A DNA stretch of 64,000 nt from Bigelowiella natans CCMP2755 (lineage: Eukaryota; Protista; Cercozoa), in assembly GCA_000320545.1 (NCBI GenBank), contig ADNK01000415.1:1-64000 (forward strand), read 5' to 3'. This document shows positions 40,586 to 53,169 of the stretch, one piece after another (position 1 is the stretch's first letter; each line of letters opens with the position of its first letter). The position numbers and the translations under genes were made by a program. The notes beneath the pieces were generated by a model that worked only from the letters and a program-made list of their open reading frames with translations, was not told where the DNA came from and searched no databases.

Positions 40586-41335
40586 TCTAATCATCGACAT
40601 TAGATTATCAAGACTAATTCGATGATGTTTGATTGCTGATGCTGCTTCTTACCAGGGCTGCTGGCATGCTGCCCGACATTCCACCGTCCCTTGCTTGTTG
40701 CGTGGACGTGCCGAATGCCAAACGTAGTGATCATGGAGAAGGAAGCAATCGTACTCCTGATGGATGTGTGTAAAGCAGGTAGCAAGCAGCAGTAGAGAAA
40801 GAAAGAGGGGGCACAAGAAGAACATCACAGAATGCCTGACAGCGATGGTGATGAGAAGGATGATGACTTTCCCTTAATTTCGAATCTTCTCCATACGACT
40901 TAAAAAAGTGCATTGGAAGCCACATTGATGGCAGGTTTCTCTGCTGCTACGTCACGTGTGTTAGCAAGGAGTAGCAGTGGTGGTAGTAGTAGTATCATGG
41001 CAAGATGGTCAATAATGATGATTGCTGTGCTGGTAGTACCGATCACATGTAAATGGGTTGATTGCTGGTACTACAAATGCTATCATTGCTACTACTAACA
41101 TTTTTACTATTACATTGTCAAGCCGGGTGGTGCTATTCGATCCGTGCTTTGTCTGAGGAGCATATCACCAATCCCCGTACAATCAAACATCACCACACAT
41201 GCTGTGCTGTTATCCTCTTCCAATATGTTGCCCCCTCGATTCTTAACCCCTTCCTTCAATATGCATGATGCAGGCTGCTGGCTTGCATTACCCATTAAAT
41301 AAGTACTTAACAATCATATTAAAAATATAAATATA

Positions 41336-41386
<51 letters not shown>

Positions 41387-41567
41387 TTCGCAGAGCTCTA
41401 AAGGCGGTGAAAGCGTTGTTCTCTCGCACTGCTAAGCAGCAGTACCTCTTGTTCTGATGCCCACTGCTCGAAGGTTCTGTCCTCAATCTGTCGTCATGCG
41501 TGCAGCAGATATTTCAACAATTACGACGATATCCCACAGCGTAACATGTAGTTTGTACACTTTCCTC

Positions 41568-41613
<46 letters not shown>

Positions 41614-42116
41614 TCTCTTACACAGAGCAAACGCACTCAAAAGAACCGAATATGCCCCCAGAACAAATATGCATGCGGGGTGAAAGCAAGGGCGGTATTT
41701 CGAATGTAGTATCAGTTTTGCAAAACTCTCTTCGTCGGAGAATCCGACTTACCACTTCCAGCTGGCCATCATCGTTTCGAATCCACAGAAAAGGAAAATC
41801 CATTATCCTATTATTCCACCATGCAGCACACATACAGACGCATCGTAAGCTGTTGCTTCGAGATGCGAACAGCTGGGTGATGAGAAAGCAGAGTATAGAT
41901 ATATCTATATCATGGACGGCTGCTGCTGCAATGTTGCGTTTGTATGCTACTTCGCAATGTGGTCTCTGAGACTGGAGATGGGTGTCAGGGGCATTCCATG
42001 CCTGCACATTATATGACCAGTGAATCATCACACACTTGCTTACAGAAACACGGATGTAGCATAGCGACCACTTTCATCATCATCAATAACAACATCATCA
42101 GCATCATTATCATCCC

Positions 42117-42150
<34 letters not shown>

Positions 42151-42196
42151 TTGTCACACCTATAGCCCAAGTCTCGCATCAGTCCCTTCAGATTGC

Positions 42197-42242
<46 letters not shown>

Positions 42243-42474
42243 TTATATATGTATAAGAATAACATCAAACTCTATCTCTAGCCTTAATCTTGAATAGAAA
42301 ACTTCGCATGCACAGAAAGTACATAACTCGTATTTATCAGAGAGAATTAATCATATCATCATGAATGCCAGTGCTTAAAAGAACAATTTTCCTCCTCTTC
42401 TTTGGTGTCAAACTGTCGTAAATTTCGATTTCTTCCCCTACTAGTGAAACGCCTCAAAATTTTTGTATCAAGCG

Positions 42475-42517
<43 letters not shown>

Positions 42518-42912
42518 ATACACATTGTGCATGCTTTCACGGCTCGATACGGGATTTAGAAAGCGACTACACTGTTCCCTAGCAGATGAGTTATACGCGT
42601 TTTTTAAACGCCGTTATTACCTGTCGAGCGCACATGAATGGTGAGATCTCTCCGCCAAGTACCGCCGAATTTCCACATAAAGCCACCACCAACGGGTGCA
42701 GCAAATTGACTATTTTGTTGTCATCATTGCAAAGCCATTGAATAATAAATAATAATACGACAACGATGATGATGATGAGACTGGCGCTCAGGAGAAAACG
42801 AAGGCGGACCTAGATTGTTCACTCGAGGAATCTCTTCTTTGCACACGTCCACATGAATCTGGACGATAGTAATTATGATATAAGAAGAAGAAGTAGGAGA
42901 AGAGAATCATCG

Positions 42913-42946
<34 letters not shown>

Positions 42947-44043
42947 ATTTCCGGAGGCTTGCCGTGTGAAAACAACAGGTTGCTGTCACAGGGTAAAAGA
43001 GGTAGCCCCAACCATGCCCCACTCCCCCAAAAGTCGTTTAAAAAAGACTACGAGCATGGGCAGTTCTCGGCAAAACTTAAAACCAGTCAGTTAGTAGCGT
43101 CGTGTAGGTGTAGTTCGGAAAAGCAAAGACACGTGAAATCTCTTTGTTTGTCAGTTTAGTTGTTCGTGTGTGTCGTCATTTTTAAGCGAAACACTCTATT
43201 CACTCATGGATGATAGCTACCTGATCGCTCGCCGTAACGCACCAGGCCTCCCACACCTTGTACCACCACAGTAATCATTATCATCATCATCATCGACATC
43301 ACCATCATCACCACGCAAATAACAACAACAACAACAACAACAACTAACAACAACGCACAACACTAATAACGACGTATGCATTCCATGCGTAACACAAGCG
43401 GTTCTACTATGATTTGTTGCATCAGCATCTGCGTGTCTCTATGTAGCTGTTCTTGCCTCCTCTCCCAGCAGATCTCTCATGGTCAGATATCGCGGTCGCG
43501 GTGTCATTAATTCGAGGTCTAATTTGGAGAGAACGTGCAACTATATGATGATTCAAAGCTATGGCGGAAGACACGATGATCGGACGATGCAAACGCAATA
43601 CCAATCCGTAAATAGAGAAGGACAAAACAACAAAATCACGGCGATGTATATGGGTCGATCATCGTCAACTCTTTACTTGGACGCGTTCTTGGCTGCAACC
43701 CGGAACCCAAAACCTGTGCGGGGGGAGGTTGGAAGGGGGAAGAAGAAGCAATCGGTGTTCTAGCAGCTAGAAGGTCGTCAGCATAAACGGTCGTGGCAAG
43801 TTATATTTAGGTCTTCAGTGACGTGCAAGGTTGGAACTAAGTAAATCACTTCGTATAAATACAAAGGTGATTTCTGTCCTGCAGCTCGATCATATGAGGT
43901 GTTTGCGGAGCAAAGAGTCATCGATATTCTTAGCACTTAGGTGCACATTTTGCCGACAATTGGCAAAATTTTGCAAGCATTGCTACTGCTGCGGCAGTCG
44001 ATAGCAGCCGTAGTTGCATTTCAAAGAAGAAGAATAAGAAGAA

Positions 44044-44074
<31 letters not shown>

Positions 44075-44682
44075 AAGAACACCTTCATTCCGAGTCTGGC
44101 AGCAGCATGTACGACAAAACGCATAGCCTGTTAAGGGGGAAATGGGAGATTCATTCCATATTGTGCAGCACCAAGTAACGATACAAATGCTTCTAGCAAT
44201 AAACGGTAAACGAGCAGCGAGTTGCAGCATATAGATCCTACATCCTCGTGTGCGGTTTTGAGTTCGTTCAGGTCGCCAAATGGCCCCGTTATCACCTCCA
44301 CGGTACCCCACCCCACTGGTGGTAATAAAAAGAGAACAATTTTGCGGATTTATTTTGGATCAAAGAGTGGGGGGGGGGGAAGGAGGACGAGAAAGGAGAG
44401 AAGGGGTTAGATGCTTGGTCACGTGTCGCGTAGGTTATAGTTTGGAAAAGCAAAGACACAGAATCTCAGTAGTGTTCTCGGCGTTGCTCGATAACCTTCC
44501 AGAACGATCTCAAGCTTCTTATCAGGCGATCTTAATCCAGCCAATTGTTTTTCTGATCCCTGATGCATTTTCAGAATGGTGTTAAGAAACAACCTTTGTC
44601 TTTGGAGATAGGGGAGGAAGGAAGGAGGGAGAGGAAAGGGTAACCAATAGACGACAAGGGAGCTCCTCAAACCTGAACGCGC

Positions 44683-44720
<38 letters not shown>

Positions 44721-45029
44721 TCGACTCAACATATGATTTCACAATGTTCTGTACATACATCAGTACTTGTGTGTGTTTTGGGGATAGCTTGCAATTAAGT
44801 ATATGGCTCATCCTCACCACATACATTCATTCATTCATTCATTCATGATGGAGAAAGAAGTGCGTCATAGATACTAATTTACAATGGAATACATCGGTGT
44901 GAAATCCTGTAGATCCTTCTTGTGAAGTTCTTTCAGTAACAGTCTATCACCAAAGACAGTCAGTGTTATCAGCACACTAGCATGATATGTTGTAGTAGGT
45001 GATTGTGTGATGGTGTGTGTGCGTGTGAT

Positions 45030-45069
<40 letters not shown>

Positions 45070-45356
45070 TACATCATAGTGTACAAAAGATTACTGTTAC
45101 TACCTAACATCTGCTGCATTGCCATCAGGCCAAACAACAGGGTATTCAGCCTCACGACCGATCAAACGCTAATTAATAATGTTGATGATGATGATGAACA
45201 AGGGCAAGATGTTTCCGAGGAATTTAAGGACAACATCGTAAGCACCTTTTGAGTCAACTTCTCCACAAAACCTTTCTCGAATCGGCCAATGATTCTATCG
45301 ACTACCCCCCCCCCTCCCCGAGCGGCACTCGCAAAACCCCTTCGGAAGAGACTCAT
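39223..45356 (-). CDS. Glutamate-cysteine ligase family 2 (GCS2, bacterial/plant-type) with mitochondrial-type presequence; roughly 20 very small exons
   Basis: Hand splicing gives [12 protein letters not shown]...|[22 protein letters not shown]|...|LEIVLE|[25 protein letters not shown]|...|[12 protein letters not shown]|[21 protein letters not shown]|[12 protein letters not shown]|IHVDV...|[20 protein letters not shown]...|RHGMP...|[30 protein letters not shown]|...|[18 protein letters not shown]|[12 protein letters not shown]...CGF* (TGA 39225-39223). Motifs fall in GCS2 order. A few internal exons are unresolved. Confidence 0.8.
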
Positions 45357-45695
45357 CGAGAAGATATGAAATTTGGTATCCTCATATGAACGGAAACGGC
45401 CTACGTTTTTACGTCATACGAGAGCTAAATCCATGTCGCAAGATTATTTTGTGATCCTTGGTTGTGTATCGGAAACAAATCGGAAAAATATAAAATGAAA
45501 ACTTGTTGCGTCCGTGTCGCTGGCAACAATTACAACAAATAATCAGAGAGATATCCATAGTTAGACAGATTATCAAGCAGGATATTACCAAAAAATAGCA
45601 TCTCTGGGCGAGAACGATCCAGCCAGAACCGACCACGTCCCTCCCGGCTGACGGAACCCTTCGAATTGCGGTTGGTTGGACTATTGCCTTTAGAG

Positions 45696-46783
45696 ATGTC
45701 TTCTAATGAAGAGAAGAAGGAGAAAGGGGGGGAGACTCCCAAGGACCAATTCTCAACGAAGTTCGACAAGTTGAAAATCATGCCCTTGACCCCATACCTC
45801 AAGTTCTTGCACGCAGCAATCCGTGATAAAAGTCAAAAAAGAGAGAAATTCGTGTTTTATACCGACCAGCTCCTCCGTCTACTGTGCGAGTTCGCATTTA
45901 TCGCGGTTCCACACACGCCTAAAGTAGTAAAAACGCCGACGGGAGCTGACTTTCAAGGGGTAAGGATTATTCAAACACTGAGTGAGTGAGTGCGTGCGTG
46001 CGTGCTGCTGAAAGCAAATCGGACATCACTAGATAGATAAACCCGCATGTACTTAGAAATATGTCATTATTCAAAGGCAACATATCACTTGTGTGACGCA
46101 ATTCTTGACGGATATGTCCAACGACTACGTCATCATAAACGCCTCCACTAATTGTTCCGCCAGGTTGCATTCAGCCCGGTTTGCGGTGTTTCAGTGATGA
46201 GGTCAGGGGAAGCTCTCGAAAGTGCACTACGTGCGGTGATGCTCGATTTGAAAATCGGTAAGGTCTTAGTCCAAATGGATCCCGAAACTAAGCAACGTCG
46301 ACTCCTCTACTCGAAGCTTCCGAAAGACGTCACCAAGAACTTCGTAATGCTGCTCGACCCTATCCTTGCCTCTGGGAGCACCGCAATTGCCGCTATAAAG
46401 CATTTGCTTGAGGTCTGTTGCTGACATTTACGTGGCACTCACAAGCATATTATAATTAAATCGCTAAAGACTCTTCTTTTCGTCACTCTTCCTTATCATA
46501 AGTGCTTGGTGCCATTCTCTGCTGTAAGGTGGGCTGCAAAGAGGACCAGATCAGCTTCGTGACAATGATAGCTTGTCCAGAAGGAATCGAAAACATATTC
46601 AAAAAGTATCCCAAGATCACTATCGTGACCTCCATGGTGAGTAATGAAGGCACAACGTTTCCCCTTTGGTTGAGGTTGTTGGTTTGATATTTCTTTCTTT
46701 ATTAGCTTGACGATGGACTAGATCAGAACAAGCTCTTGATTCCAGGGATAGGGGAATTTTCCGACCGTTATTTTGGCACATAA
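45696..46783 (+). CDS. UPRT: Uracil phosphoribosyltransferase (eukaryotic type), 4 exons
   Basis: IRDKSQKREKFVFYTDQLLRLL, VKTPTG, CGVSVMRSGEALE, LKIGKVLVQ, YSKLPKD, PRPP-binding MLLDPILASGST, C-terminal IPGIGEFSDRYFGT*. Introns approximately 45960-46163, 46413-46528 and 46637-46704. Confidence 0.9.
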
Positions 46784-46839
46784 ATTTCCTCATAAAGTCT
46801 GAGGAGCGTTACCTTCCTGCCCATTTACATTTTATGAGA

Positions 46840-47350
46840 CTCTCTTTAGTCTAGCTAGTACGACATCTATCGGCGTTGTTTTGCAAAGCATTTAGTCACA
46901 CAGTCAGCCACAGGTTGATATTTTGATTAGTGCTCCCATTATTATATATGCTGCTGGAAACAATGCTAGAATGATGAAATAGGTTTCATAATTTAGTAAT
47001 GAATCATAATCATGGATGCTACTACCAGTGTCACTGCCGCATGTGCATGCAGCAATAATGACATCTAGACATTACTAGATTAGCGCCGCAGACTGTGACG
47101 CGATACGAATAATATATAGCTGTACTGCTCCAGCGGGCAGGCAGTTCATCCCCGGTGACCACTCGTTCAGCAAAATCTACGTCACGAAACATGTAAGCTA
47201 TTTTTGCCGCTGCATCGTGTTCATCGAGCATATTTCATCATGCATGGGCTAGCGCCGCAACCTGCGACTTATACTGTATGCATATAGCTAGATGGGCTAA
47301 CTGATACATACACGTCATAATGAACAACGCGCAGTTATGTCGATTAAAAG
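46840..47350. other. Weaker CTAG/TGCA/CATG-rich zone between convergent UPRT and hypothetical 3' ends
   Basis: tctagctagt, catgtgcatgc, tctagacattactag and catgcatgggctagc words. Confidence 0.45.
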
Positions 47351-47407
47351 TTGTGTCATGAAGGTTATGTATGTTGATAGTCAACGCTTCAATCACGAAT
47401 TCCTATG

Positions 47408-48927
47408 TTAAATATCAAAGGTTGAAAAATAGTGTATTCGAGCTGGTGTCTCAGTGATAAGGCTAGGCTTCGGTCTCGATGGCTGCTGCTGCTGCTGGTG
47501 GTGGTTTATCTTAGCCGCTTTGCGGGGTGGGCGACGCCGCTGTTTTTTTGGCGACCATAGCTCCCATCCAGGATCTTTCTCACCGCTGTATGCTCCGACG
47601 ACGGGGGTGAAAGCTGCACAACGCATACATATGATATTATTTCTAGTGTGTGTGTATATGTGTATGTGTGTACGTGCATCACGAAAGCTCGTATCTCTGT
47701 AGCAAGTACATGTTCTGATGTTTCTTCTTATTCCTAGCAGCAGCAGCAGGAGGAGGGGGGGTGAAGAGGGGTAACGGTAGCCATACCTATGACTTGGGGA
47801 GTTGAATGCGCTGCCGTGGCTGATAGGCCCGCCTTTTGCACGCACTTTTTCTCATTGATCTTTATGACAGTTCCTTTCGATTCTATGAACTTGAGCAGCG
47901 TGTAATACAAGCCGGAAGAGGATGTATCTGTCGAGCGAGAACAACAGACAAATCATGATTAATAGCAGCAGTTCCTTCTGTGAGCGTTCCCAACAACATC
48001 AACAACAACTACAACAGCAATAACTACAGAGCTGCTTGCGCTGCAGTGCTGCTGGTGCGACAGTGTCCTCGAATTTCCCCTCCCCTCTCTTTTCCGATTC
48101 ATTTCTATCGTACCTGGGGATTCAATGCGATCTGTGACTTCTCTGACGGCCTGTGTGAGCATTACCAAATCAGAACGTTTGTGCGTGTAGAAGAAGGCGT
48201 TGGCTTCATAATGGAAACGGTCAACGTGCTATAGAACATACCCGTGATATCGTGGTCTTGTGAATCAAAACTAGTTTGAGAGCCTATATTGTTTATACCC
48301 GACGAATCGTGTTTTGCACAAACAACCACAGCACGTCAGATTAAGTGAGGAGGAGGAAAGAATGGGAGAGGTGCTAGCGACGACTCACCGCGGACATAGC
48401 TCTCACGTTTCGCCGTTGGGTCCTGCAATAATTGTGATGGTTTTTGGAATAATAAAGGAGAGAAAGTGTGTTCTGCACGCTTCTAGCGCGGCGTATTATA
48501 TATGTAACACTTTGAGTACAAACTGAATTCGGTTATCACTTCCAACATACTTAGAAAGCCTCCGGCCATTATGATGGAACGAATTGTTGCGTATCCGCAA
48601 TAGAGTAGAGTAGGCCTGCGAAGGAAGAAGGGAGAGATGGACGAGGCGGGGGGCGACAATAAGAGGGAGACCTCAGCATGACGCTTATGATAGCGATAAA
48701 GCGACAACGATGACGGCAAGAATAAAACAAACCAGCGAGAGAAGAAGAGGAGACCATATCGAAAGGAAAAGAAGAAAGGCCATCACCATTTTGAGGATGT
48801 TGTCCTTATATCTCTTGCCGTCAATCCCTCGATATCTGGGCTCCCACTGGATATTCTCCTCTACCGAATACATGCAACAAGTTTCGAAGAACAGATAGGT
48901 CAACAACAAATACGCCATTAATGTGAG

Positions 48928-48967
<40 letters not shown>

Positions 48968-49253
48968 CAGAATATATACTCTATATTCTACGTTGGTTGA
49001 GCCAACCCCCCCCCCCCCCCCCCTCCCCGCGACCACCACCACCACCACCACCACCACAACAACAACAATAATAACTACACCACTACTACAGAGTATTATT
49101 AGTCATATTAATAGGTTTCTTATACTAGTACCTAGAATATGCTCTTCATTGAGTGAGATGTTCAATTTGGCCATTTCTGCCTGACACGTCTCAAGGACAA
49201 CCTATTCATGTTTGTTGATGTACTATTATCCGGTTTCTTCAAATGATGATATA

Positions 49254-49291
<38 letters not shown>

Positions 49292-49684
49292 ATATTTACT
49301 AATACGCTAATCTAGCAGTAAGGGTGCTGATTATTCCTCCTACTATACAATAGGAGTTTCTTAATTGCTATGTTGTTGATGATGCGTCTTCCTGTATATC
49401 ATATACAGACGCATGCTTCTCATTGTTACGTATGATCACTGCCCCCCCCCTTTATGTTTCTCTATCAATTCCTTTCTCTTCTCATCATGTACACCGCCGC
49501 CACTACAACCACCATGACCACCACTACCACCTGCCTCAACCCATGTGCCTGAATACGTGCCTCCACGTCCTCAGGAAGGACAGTAGTCTGTGATACACAC
49601 ATACACACAAACACACACACACACACACACATCAATTTACAGAGAAACAATATCCGCAAGAATCCTGAGACAGGTGATTACATA

Positions 49685-49722
<38 letters not shown>

Positions 49723-50563
49723 ATTATTTGTCATCATCCTTTTCTCCTCCTCCTCCTCCTCCTCCTCCCTCCCCCTCCACACAGTTGACCGAATTCCACG
49801 TACTACCGTCATATCAAAATGAAGTGCTTCTATCTCGGGGTCCAGTCTTACGGCCTGAGAAGAAGACATCGCCACAAATCACACCACTGCTCGCCTCTTG
49901 AACGCGGGGCAATGAATTGTGTGCTCCGCATTGCCGATGGTGAGTTTTGTGTTAGGCGAAGGTACTTCCATGATCTTCCCCTCCTTGACCAGTCGCGCAC
50001 GCTCTGATTCCAAATCTTGCAGCTATGTACGTTGGTGAGGGATACCGCATTGATCGAATTTACATGATGACAACTTATCTTCTTCGTATTTGGCCACCCC
50101 CCCACCATGTGCTTGATTGTGTAAATAGGGACGACGCGAAAGAACAATCATTTGAATAATCGCTCCACTAACGAGAGCATCATGGAAGAATGAAAATCTT
50201 CGTTCAGAGATTATGAGACTTGCTTGTTAGGCCCTGTTTCTCGCCATTGGTATCTCAGGTGGTTTAAAGAAGAAAACGTTGGACAATTTTCGATGATGCT
50301 ACTAGCACTACCCTGAGCATGCATAACTTGGACTTTATAGCCGAAGCATGTGCGTCAATCTAAGAAATATCGATCCATCATTTAAACCAATCATGCTGCG
50401 AACGATTTTGCATATAATTAAAAGCAGGGGGAAAGTTGTTTGAATTATTGAACACTAAAAGCTAACAATACCGATGGCCTCTTCTGAACCTGCGGGAAGA
50501 CAGTCCCAGATACATCAACGCCTTTGATGGTGAACAACATGGAGAGAAAGAGAGAAAGAGAGA

Positions 50564-50598
<35 letters not shown>

Positions 50599-52972
50599 CA
50601 TGAATCAACAATGGATGATATGTGCTGAGGGTAAAGAAGTGGATTCATCACATTTCATCAATCTACTGCTGCTGCATGGTATTATACCTCGAATCCATTC
50701 CTGGGGAGGGGTGCAGACAAAGTGCTTCGATTGCGAATGATACATCACATCAAAGCTTTCAATTTCAGCCCGCTTCATTCTGAACTTGTTTTCAAAATCT
50801 TGCAAGTCCGTTTCGAATCTCTGGGACTTATTCTGCCGAATATCGATGTACCGCCCCACGCTCTGGAGCTGCCTCTTTAACTTCATTATCTATAATTTAA
50901 AAGGGAGAGATTATCATCACCAGAAATCCATTCTCAAAAGTGGTTATCGATCATTCTGCTGGACCTTGAGAGTATTCGTTAAATTGGTGCTACTACTGTG
51001 ATTCAACGTGGAGATCTCTGTCGTTATCTCATGCCTGAACGTATCCTGAAAATCGGGTATTTATTGGTGTTAATTGCACAATAGATCAAAGGCGATAGTA
51101 CAGCAGAATCAACCCACCCAATAGCTTGCCACTGCCTTTTCCACTGCATACTGTGCGTCATTCTGAGAATTAATGTGGTTTGTCGCCATTATGGATCATC
51201 ATCACCATCATCATCATCACTATTCCTACAAGCAACAATCAGGCGTGTGTTACTATTCTTGTTCTTGTTGTTGTTGTTGTTGCTGTTCTTGCTGCTACAT
51301 CTATCTACAGATAGTAGTACCCGAGAATCAAAGGATCCAATCCATTTTTTGACTCTCCCATCTATTCATCGTCAATTTGTGAAATTCTCGTCATCAATAC
51401 CATATAACATTTATATTTAGCATCTCGCCCAACAATCAGCAACCGCAAACGGGAAGATCGACAACCTGAAATAATAATTAATAGCAGCACCTGGTCTAGA
51501 TGGCTCCATTTTGAAGAACCCACCACGCCATTTTGATGTTTTCTTGTCGTAGTAAATGAACCTGAGGAGGACAACTTGTTAGTGACTGTTGACGACAGAG
51601 TGAATCTCTGTTTCGAGAGAATTACTGCTGTGAAGGCCTTTTCATTTGTGATGATGCAGCCGTTATATTTCTTTCAAAGCTGATTAATTGGCTCTCCATC
51701 GCTTCAGCAAGAGATACATTGCCGACGGCACGGGCCATCTTAATGCTTTCCACTAATCTCAAGCGGCGTCGATATTGCTGGTAACCCCTAACCTGCAATG
51801 TCAAGGATCAGCCATGAGAACCATATATCTCGTCGGTGCGCTGTTAAAACTTATTTGAAGGACCGTTGCAATCTTTCCGAGCACCTTGAACAGATGGAAT
51901 AACAACAAATAAGATGATCTTCATATCTTAAAATTCAATTTTCGTGTAACTCAAACAGGTGATATACACATATATGTATACACACATATGTATAATGAAT
52001 ACCTGGCATTTTCCGCCATGAACTCGCCAATGTCGTTCCAATGACTTCATGTTCTTATAGTTCTTTTACAAAAACCATGGTATTACCTATGTCTATCAGA
52101 TGATCGATATTTACTCACAAACCCGCGAATGCGATCCACAAATATGACATCGGAGCTCATTGCCATCAGCACCCTCATCGGTGAAATTGGGTGAGAATCG
52201 TGACATCAGCCATCGTTCGTAAAAACACTGAATCTGATGAGAAAGAGCGGGAAAAGCTTCACGGTTGAATCTTGGACCTCAGTGAACGCATTGTTACCGC
52301 TATCTTGGACACATTTTTCAGCTCATCCAAACGACAAATGTCATAGAATCGGTGTTGCAGTCGCCGTCCCTAAGTATAATGTGCTCTCTGCTGAGGATTT
52401 ATGATTTTATAAATAGAAAAATGCAGTCATGGCGTCTATATCGGAACCTCAGACACTATCAGGAGCTTCTGGTCCTTCGAAAGCCCCTTCGTGGAAGCTT
52501 GCTTGCTCTTGTAAGGGCGTGAGTTCATGCCAATGTGAGGGGTGTTCCGGGGTACATCAACATGCAACAACATGTAAACGAGGAAGATGGCAACTCCTGC
52601 ACCGTGGTATCTAAATTTTGAAGACTTCCCACCACCGTGCCGTCTGATCGGAGCGTCGTAGTTCATGGGTGTGAGCAGAACTCCAGAAATCAAGAACTAA
52701 CTTTCCCCCCAAGTAAGGAACAACATCCCATGACGCGCGTTATGAGAAATAACGCGAGGGTGGGTGATTCCGAGGGAAGAGAAAGGAACTAGTTCGGGGC
52801 GGACATGGGTCCCCCGACCTTCCTTCGTAACATGTAATCGTTGCTCCTTTTTTTCAAAGGGCGGATGGGTATTGGCTTTGTTGACGTCCTCCTGGAAATA
52901 CATGCGATTTATATTCCGCGACAATCTTCTTGATATATGAAGGTAACGACACCCATTTCCCTTCTCCGTCAA
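47408..52972 (-). CDS. Hypothetical multi-exon gene or genes with coiled-coil segments
   Basis: In-phase exon chain at the 3' end (VVLETCQAEMAKL..|EENIQWEPRYRG..|AYSTLLRIR..|HVDRFHYEANAFFY..|DTSSSGLYYTLLKFIESKG..|AFTPVVGAY...FDI*) plus upstream exon-like ORFs 50605-50886, 51622-51804 and 52697-52972. May be two genes. Confidence 0.45.
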
Positions 52973-53169
52973 TATGTTTTATGAAGAAACACTAGAAACA
53001 GGTGTATGACACAGGCATAATGCAAGTCGTCTCCTCAATGGTCCTTGTGAAGCCGAAGGAACCAGCCAGCTCCATTCCTCTTACTCAACACACGTTTATT
53101 TGACAGTAAAGCTTCGAGATATTCATTGGGCTTCGTGATAAGAGGGGAAAATAGAAGTAAAAATTAAAA

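Noticed and set aside
36111-46783. DAHPS-AKR, GCS2 and UPRT as a biosynthetic gene cluster
   Set aside because: Different predicted compartments, very different intron styles and no known pathway linking them; adjacency alone is insufficient without co-expression or synteny.
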